This document shows positions 59,557 to 64,000 of a stretch of DNA of 64,000 bases, piece by piece. The notes below the pieces were generated by a model that did no database searches, was not told the DNA's origin, and was given only the letters and a program-made list of their open reading frames with translations. Positions within the stretch are counted from its first letter, which is position 1. Each line of letters begins with the position of its first letter. The stretch comes from an uncultured Cellvibrionales bacterium (GTDB taxonomy: Bacteria > Pseudomonadota > Gammaproteobacteria > Pseudomonadales > Cellvibrionaceae). The stretch covers positions 38,184 to 102,183 of the forward strand of contig CAJWBQ010000009.1 in the NCBI GenBank assembly GCA_913020115.1, in the 5' to 3' direction. Both the position numbers and the translations under genes were made by a program.

Positions 59557-60009
59557 TTACTTTGCTTCAGCGATAACACTCAATTTAACAATCTGGGTCA
59601 CTTCTGAGTGAACCTGAACGTCAATTTCGAACTCACCGATTTCACGCAGTGCACCAGTAGGCAAGCGAACTTCAGCTTTGCTCACTTCAACACCGGCTGC
59701 AGTGATGGCTTCAGCGATATCGCGTGTGCCAATTGACCCAAACAACTTACCTTCGTCGCCAGAGTTAGCTTCGATAGTAATTGCCAGTTCAGCCAGCTGT
59801 GCAGCGCGAGCTTCAGCTTCAACTTTCTTCTCTGCCGCGGCGGCTTCAAGCTCGGCGCGACGGCTTTCAAACTCAGCGGTGTTAGCCGCATTCGCCATTA
59901 CAGCCTTGCCATTCGGGATCAGGTAGTTACGGCCGAAACCAGCTTTAACAGCTACTTTGTCGCCGATGGCACCAAGCTTGCCCACTTTCTCGAGTAGAAT
60001 AACTTCCAT
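59557..60009 (-). CDS. rplI: 50S ribosomal protein L9
   Basis: [32 protein letters not shown] is the canonical L9 N-terminus. 150 aa. Confidence 0.95.
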   Translation of the reverse strand: MEVILLEKVGKLGAIGDKVAVKAGFGRNYLIPNGKAVMANAANTAEFESRRAELEAAAAEKKVEAEARAAQLAELAITIEANSGDEGKLFGSIGTRDIAEAITAAGVEVSKAEVRLPTGALREIGEFEIDVQVHSEVTQIVKLSVIAEAK

Positions 60010-60061
60010 CTCGTTTACCCTCTAATTTGCAATAATTGCGGTTACTTCACTGCTCGCTCAA

Positions 60062-60940
60062 TTAAACCCGAGGTTTAATGCGAGCGCGAAAATTAATCCA
60101 CGTATCCATAAACGCCACCACGGTCAACATCACCATGAGTGGGCTGTAGAGCACCAATAACATTGGGCTGAACAGCATTAACGCCAAATAAAACATTACT
60201 AGCCAGCCCCGACGTATTGCCAACTGTTTTATGCAGCTGTGCACCAGACCAAGGCCTGAAATGAACAGCGGCAAGGCAAACAAACTGCCCCACACTTGGT
60301 AATCTCCCCCTACCGACAAACAATATAAAGCGCTCAACAAACACACTATGGCCTGCGAGGCATTGAGTCTTAGCCCGTGGAACTCCGCCTGAAAACCGCC
60401 AGGGTTATACAGCAGTGCTTGCCACCAACGGCCCAAGAACAAGCTCAGTAAGCTGTTCCAGGCCATGACATAAGCGATGAACCCCAACACCAAAGTATCG
60501 GTGGGCTCAAAAGCCAATGCGCCTTTGGACGCTATTGAAGCGTCCTGACTCAATATATTGCCTACCACCTTCACCAGCGCTTCCGCGGGTGAAGATTCAA
60601 ACACGGTCAGCAACAATGCTGAAGCGGTGCTCAGTGCCACTAAACCTACCATTGCGTAGGACCAAGAGTGGGTGACTCTCAGTAACAGTGACACGGCGTA
60701 GGTTGCAGTAATAGCTGCCAGTGTGATGTAGGCCATCATGGGGCCAAACTCACTCAGAAACAGCGAAACTACTGCGGGTAACAATGCCCAAATAAGAACA
60801 TGCGTTCCATCTTGGGCGCCGCGGCGCAAACTAACAAACGCCACGGTAGCTGGGCTAATCAGTGGAAACCAAGTACCGATTAAGGCAACCACTGCGGCCT
60901 GCACGCGACCACGCATAATGAATTCTGCGAGCGCACGCAT
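60062..60940 (-). CDS. polytopic inner-membrane protein of unknown function
   Basis: 292 aa with about 8 hydrophobic segments. It lies between rpsR and rplI, as I recall for the hypothetical gene at the same position in Pseudomonas. Confidence 0.65.
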   Translation of the reverse strand: MRALAEFIMRGRVQAAVVALIGTWFPLISPATVAFVSLRRGAQDGTHVLIWALLPAVVSLFLSEFGPMMAYITLAAITATYAVSLLLRVTHSWSYAMVGLVALSTASALLLTVFESSPAEALVKVVGNILSQDASIASKGALAFEPTDTLVLGFIAYVMAWNSLLSLFLGRWWQALLYNPGGFQAEFHGLRLNASQAIVCLLSALYCLSVGGDYQVWGSLFALPLFISGLGLVHSCIKQLAIRRGWLVMFYLALMLFSPMLLVLYSPLMVMLTVVAFMDTWINFRARIKPRV

Positions 60941-60948
60941 GTAATGTA

Positions 60949-61176
60949 TTACTCGTGTGCGTCCGTGTATGGCAACAGAGCTAAGAAGCGCGCGCGCTTA
61001 ATGCATGTGGCCAGCTGACGCTGATATTTAGCTTTAGTACCTGTGATACGGCTAGGTACGATTTTACCTGTTTCAGAAACGTAGGCTTTCAAGGTTTCCA
61101 GATCTTTATAATCGATCTGCTTGGTGCCTTCAGCGGTGAAACGGCAAAATTTACGACGACGGAAAAAACGTGCCAT
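60949..61176 (-). CDS. rpsR: 30S ribosomal protein S18
   Basis: [17 protein letters not shown]...IVPSRITGT is the canonical S18 sequence. 75 aa. Confidence 0.95.
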   Translation of the reverse strand: MARFFRRRKFCRFTAEGTKQIDYKDLETLKAYVSETGKIVPSRITGTKAKYQRQLATCIKRARFLALLPYTDAHE

Positions 61177-61190
61177 GAGTCAGTCTCCCT

Positions 61191-61652
61191 TTATGCTTCG
61201 CCCGCTTCAGCGCTAGCTGAATCGGTAGAATCTACGGATGGAGCCGGTGCTACGGCTGGAGTCTCTTCGCTACGCGCTGGACGTTCTGTACGCTCAGGAC
61301 GATCATTGCGGCTTCTGCGCTCGCGTCCTTCTTTTTCCGCTTTCATGATTGGCGATTCATCGGTAACGGCTTCATCCATACGGATAACCAAGTTACGCAA
61401 TACCGCGTCGTTATAACGGAAATTTGTGGTCAACTCTTCCAACGCTTCTTCATTACACTCTACATTCATCAAGGTGTAGTGTGCTTTGTGAATTTTGTTG
61501 ATTGAGTAAGCCATGTGGCGACGGCCCCAGTCTTCTAGACGATGTACCTGACCACCACTTTCTTTAATGGTGTTCGTGTAACGCTCGACCATGCCGGGCA
61601 CCTGTTCGCTTTGATCTGGGTGTACCAGAAATACGATTTCGTAGTGACGCAT
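61191..61652 (-). CDS. rpsF: 30S ribosomal protein S6
   Basis: [25 protein letters not shown] is the canonical S6 N-terminus. A ~50-aa charged, low-complexity C-terminal extension follows. Confidence 0.95.
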   Translation of the reverse strand: MRHYEIVFLVHPDQSEQVPGMVERYTNTIKESGGQVHRLEDWGRRHMAYSINKIHKAHYTLMNVECNEEALEELTTNFRYNDAVLRNLVIRMDEAVTDESPIMKAEKEGRERRSRNDRPERTERPARSEETPAVAPAPSVDSTDSASAEAGEA

Positions 61653-61864
61653 TGTAGCTCCTTACGGGTTAAAGCCTTCTTTTTACGAACCGGCTGGGCC
61701 AAGAGGCACCAGAAAGGTTGTGAAGTAAGGCAAGGAGGGCCATATTTAAACCCCTGGCCAACAATAGGGGGCGCGGAATTCTAGGGGATATGGGGGGGAG
61801 ATGCAAGCTTAGGGGCGTATTCTTTATGCCTAAGTGGCGTTCTTTCGGACTAAGTGGCGCCCGA

Positions 61865-61960
61865 AGGCCGATAACGCCCGCCGAGACTCGCTGTTCGCCA
61901 TCCATGGCCGCTCTGCGCCGACGTCCTGTCGACGAAGGTCTCGGCGGGCGTTATCGGCCT
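61865..61960. repeat. 23-bp perfect inverted repeat with 50-nt loop
   Basis: A GGCCGATAACGCCCGCCGAGAC (61865-61887) pairs perfectly with GTCTCGGCGGGCGTTATCGGCC T (61938-60). The loop is 61888-61937. The direct repeat CTAAGTGGCG occurs twice just upstream (61831-61840 and 61849-61858). Confidence 0.7.
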
Positions 61961-61992
61961 CCGCCCTTCGCTTTTGAGGCTGGAATTTATGC

Positions 61993-62209
61993 AAACTGGG
62001 GTCAGAGCAACGTTCGCGAAGGTGAATCTTGGCCTGACCCCGATTGTGCCAAGCGTAGCGGTACTTCGAATGAGCCTGTGTCACGATGCCTACACTCTGC
62101 GAGCAGGGCACCGCTGCGGCTGGCACGGTTGGGGTCAGACCAAGCTTCCTCAGTCCGATCTAGCAAACTTGCCCGCGGGTAGAGAGGGAGATTGCTCTGA
62201 CCCCAGTTT
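61993..62209. repeat. 217-bp nested palindromic element (three concentric inverted repeats)
   Basis: The outer 18-bp repeat is perfect: AAACTGGGGTCAGAGCAA (61993-62010) with TTGCTCTGACCCCAGTTT (62192-62209). The middle 14-bp repeat has one mismatch (62028-62041 / 62131-62144). The inner ~16-bp repeat matches at 13 of 16 (62045-62060 / 62111-62126). The GGGGTCAGA / TCTGACCCC core occurs four times. Confidence 0.65.
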
Positions 62210-62260
62210 AGAACCCGTTGCCACCCACTTTTTTAAGCAGGCTCGCACCCAACACCCAAC

Positions 62261-63052
62261 CTACGAACGCTGACGCACTGCCTCAAACAAACAAACCCCA
62301 GAGGCAACAGAAACATTCAAACTGCTCACCGTTCCCGCCATAGGGATGTTTATTAGATTATCGCAATGCTCGCGAGTAAGACGGCGCATACCTGCTCCCT
62401 CAGCCCCCATCACTAAACCCAAGGGCCCTTTGAGATCGACCTGGTAAATAGACTGCTCAGCTTCGCCCGCAGCACCTACCAACCAAACACCCTTCTCCTG
62501 AAGCTTTTTCAGACAGCGCGCCAAATTGGTGACAGCCACAAAAGGCAGAACTTCAGCTGCGCCACAGGCGACCTTCCGAGCTGTGGCATTCAAACCCACA
62601 GCTTTGTCTTTCGGAGCAACAACTGCGTGAACACCAGCCGCTTCGGCGCTGCGAATGCAGGCTCCAAGATTGTGAGGGTCTGTTACGCCATCGAGAATCA
62701 GTAGAAAGGGAGGTTCATCCAGCTTATCTAACATTGTGTACAAGTCTTCTTCGCGAAGACTCTCTGGCGCAGAGCAATGAGCTATCACGCCCTGATGATT
62801 ACCATCCGCCGCGTCATCGAGAATTCTCCGGTCAGCATAACCAATGGGTACGCCATACATCTCCGCCAAAGCCACAATGCCTTGCAGTGATTTGTCTTGC
62901 CGCCCTTTTAATAGCTGCAACTGTTTCACACGCTTGGGTGCGCTGTTCAGCAAGGCTTTAACGGCGTGAAGGCCAAATACTATGTTGGTGTTTTGCACTA
63001 AAATTTCCTGCTCTATTTGCTCTTGGGCGCGCGTCTTGTGGAGATTTTGCAC
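62261..63052 (-). CDS. rlmB: 23S rRNA (guanosine2251-2'-O)-methyltransferase RlmB
   Basis: SpoU/TrmH family motifs (LDGVTDPHNLGACIRSA, LVMGAEGAGMR, IPMAGTVSSLNVSVA). It lies downstream of rnr, as in many gammaproteobacteria. Confidence 0.9.
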   Translation of the reverse strand: MQNLHKTRAQEQIEQEILVQNTNIVFGLHAVKALLNSAPKRVKQLQLLKGRQDKSLQGIVALAEMYGVPIGYADRRILDDAADGNHQGVIAHCSAPESLREEDLYTMLDKLDEPPFLLILDGVTDPHNLGACIRSAEAAGVHAVVAPKDKAVGLNATARKVACGAAEVLPFVAVTNLARCLKKLQEKGVWLVGAAGEAEQSIYQVDLKGPLGLVMGAEGAGMRRLTREHCDNLINIPMAGTVSSLNVSVASGVCLFEAVRQRS

Positions 63053-63079
63053 GCCCTACTCTTTTAATTAAGCTCAGCG

Positions 63080-64000
63080 CTAAGCTTTGGGCTTGGGCTT
63101 TGCCGCAGGCTTCTTCTTTATAGCCGCTTTTGCTTTGGTCGCAAGTTTCACTTTCGCACCAGGCTTTGCCTTAACCGCAGGTTTCACTTTGACGCCAGCT
63201 TTAGCCTTTGCCGCGGGTTTAGCTTTTGCTTTCGGCTTGACCTTGGTCGCAGACTTAGCCTTTATTCCAGCCCCAGACTTCGGCGCCGCCTTAGCTTTTG
63301 TGCTCGGTTTAACCTTGATCGTAGATTTAGCCTTTACAGCAGTTTCCGACTTCGGCGCCGTCTTAGCTTTTGCACTCGGCTTAACCTTGTCAGTAGGTTT
63401 AGTCTTTACGCTTGGCTTCACCTTGGCCGCAGATTTAGCCTTACCTTTCGCTACAGGCTTCGCTTTAGCCACTGGCTTAGCACCTGCAGCAGATTGGCTT
63501 TTTTTGCTTTTTGGCTTTTGCTCAACGGCTGATTTTGCTGAAGAGTTTTTGCCAAAAGCTTTTTTTTTGCCGTCCTTACCTTTTGGTTTCGCCCCCTTGC
63601 GCCGAGGTTTTTGTCCGGAGTCACTGTCGCGAGTAAAAGACTTCCCTTTTACTTCCACTAACTCGAAATCAATTTTGCGATTGTCTAGGTCTACGCGAAC
63701 CACCTGTACTGACAAGACATCACCCAAGCGGAACACTTGGCGAGTGCGCTCACCCACCAAACGATGCTGAGCTTTTTCAAAATGATAGAAGTCGCGCGGC
63801 AAGGACGAGATGTGCACTAAACCGTCCACATAAATATCTTTCAACTCAACAAACATACCGAAGCCAGTAACACCGCTGATAACACCTTCGAAGGTGTCAC
63901 CCACATGGTCCTGTAGATATTCACATTTGAGCCAGCTCACTACATCTCGCGTGGCATCGTCGGCGCGACGCTCGCGCAGAGAACTGCCTTCGCCAAACTG
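63080..64000 (-). CDS. rnr: ribonuclease R, C-terminal part (gene continues beyond the window edge)
   Basis: The frame stays open to nt 64000 (my translation: QFGEGSSLRERRADDATRDVVSWLKCEY...). An S1 domain (FEGVISGVTGFGMFVEL) is followed by a ~190-aa Lys/Ala/Pro-rich tail. Confidence 0.9.
   Translation of the reverse strand, partial: QFGEGSSLRERRADDATRDVVSWLKCEYLQDHVGDTFEGVISGVTGFGMFVELKDIYVDGLVHISSLPRDFYHFEKAQHRLVGERTRQVFRLGDVLSVQVVRVDLDNRKIDFELVEVKGKSFTRDSDSGQKPRRKGAKPKGKDGKKKAFGKNSSAKSAVEQKPKSKKSQSAAGAKPVAKAKPVAKGKAKSAAKVKPSVKTKPTDKVKPSAKAKTAPKSETAVKAKSTIKVKPSTKAKAAPKSGAGIKAKSATKVKPKAKAKPAAKAKAGVKVKPAVKAKPGAKVKLATKAKAAIKKKPAAKPKPKA
63276..63419. repeat. 72-nt tandem duplication inside the rnr tail-coding region
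   Basis: Two consecutive 72-nt units start at 63276 and 63348. Both begin GACTTCGGCGCCG.CTTAGCTTTTG. They are roughly three-quarters identical by eye. A looser ~180-nt periodicity is also visible (63237 vs 63417). Confidence 0.5.

Noticed and set aside
61790-62273. Overlapping ORFs 61790-62182 (+), 61974-62273 (+), 61830-62126 (-) and 61669-61905 (-) as possible genes
   Set aside because: They overlap each other on both strands and coincide with the nested inverted repeats. Their composition is Arg/Pro/Gly/Ser-rich and repeat-like, with no recognisable family or RBS. They are best explained as open frames generated by palindromic non-coding DNA.
63087-63770. 227-aa plus-strand ORF (MGLGFAAGFFFIAAFALVASF...) that looks like a hydrophobic repeat protein
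   Set aside because: It is exactly antisense to the Lys/Ala/Pro repeat tail of rnr; AAG/GCC/AAA codons read as CTT/GGC/TTT on the other strand. The rnr frame is continuous with the S1 domain, so the antisense ORF is a compositional artefact.
1-64000. Search for CRISPR arrays, tRNA/rRNA genes, transposases, integrases, toxin-antitoxin pairs and known defence genes
   Set aside because: I saw no regularly spaced direct repeats, no cloverleaf-like or rRNA-like segments in the intergenic gaps, and no ORF with transposase, integrase, reverse-transcriptase or nuclease-NTPase defence signatures. Visual inspection cannot fully exclude small RNAs.

Overview
This 64-kb window looks like core chromosome of a gammaproteobacterium, and I found no convincing novel multi-gene system such as a defence island. 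About 60 genes are tightly packed, mostly on the minus strand. Several gene orders match what I remember from Pseudomonas: bioB-bioF-bioH/C...bioD, a fimX-like gene next to serB, liuR-liuABCDE, and rpsF-rpsR-membrane protein-rplI-dnaB. An EpmA/EpmB-type EF-P modification module, a PEP-CTERM protein and a CJM1_0395-type (SprA-related) protein suggest a marine Cellvibrionales-like organism; this taxonomic guess is low confidence.

Recognisable blocks:
- M32 carboxypeptidase, asnS, ppiA
- pspF / pspABC phage-shock locus
- Hpt plus REC-EAL pair
- acyl-CoA dehydrogenase
- biotin operon
- comF, KAS III, srkA, cysE
- epmA-efp / epmB
- a c-di-GMP module: PilZ-like protein plus a FimX-like degenerate GGDEF-EAL protein
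- serB
- hybrid histidine kinase
- leucine/isovalerate catabolism operon
- hemH, trmO, smr, thioesterase
- RND pump, followed by a YtrA-type GntR/ABC/ABC-2 cassette and a DUF2807 protein
- acs, panCD, dnaB, ribosomal protein genes, rlmB
- 3' part of rnr, which runs off the window

I recognised no rRNA, tRNA, CRISPR array, transposase or integrase.

Most second-look-worthy items:
1. Two ~600-bp intergenic islands (panD-acs and rlmB-rpsF) are filled with long and nested inverted repeats. Two of the hairpins have different stem sequences but both have 50-nt loops.
2. A PEP-CTERM gene with its own sigma-54-like promoter and terminator sits inside the biotin operon.
3. bioH and bioC are fused into one reading frame.
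4. The FimX-like / PilZ-like pair.
5. A 48-codon membrane ORF lies between the sigma-54-type promoter and pspA.
6. An uncharacterised HExxH (SprA-related) protein is start/stop-coupled to a small partner ORF.
7. A co-directional envelope/export cluster has RND-before-adaptor gene order and no outer-membrane factor.

All family assignments come from motif reading and memory. No searches were run.
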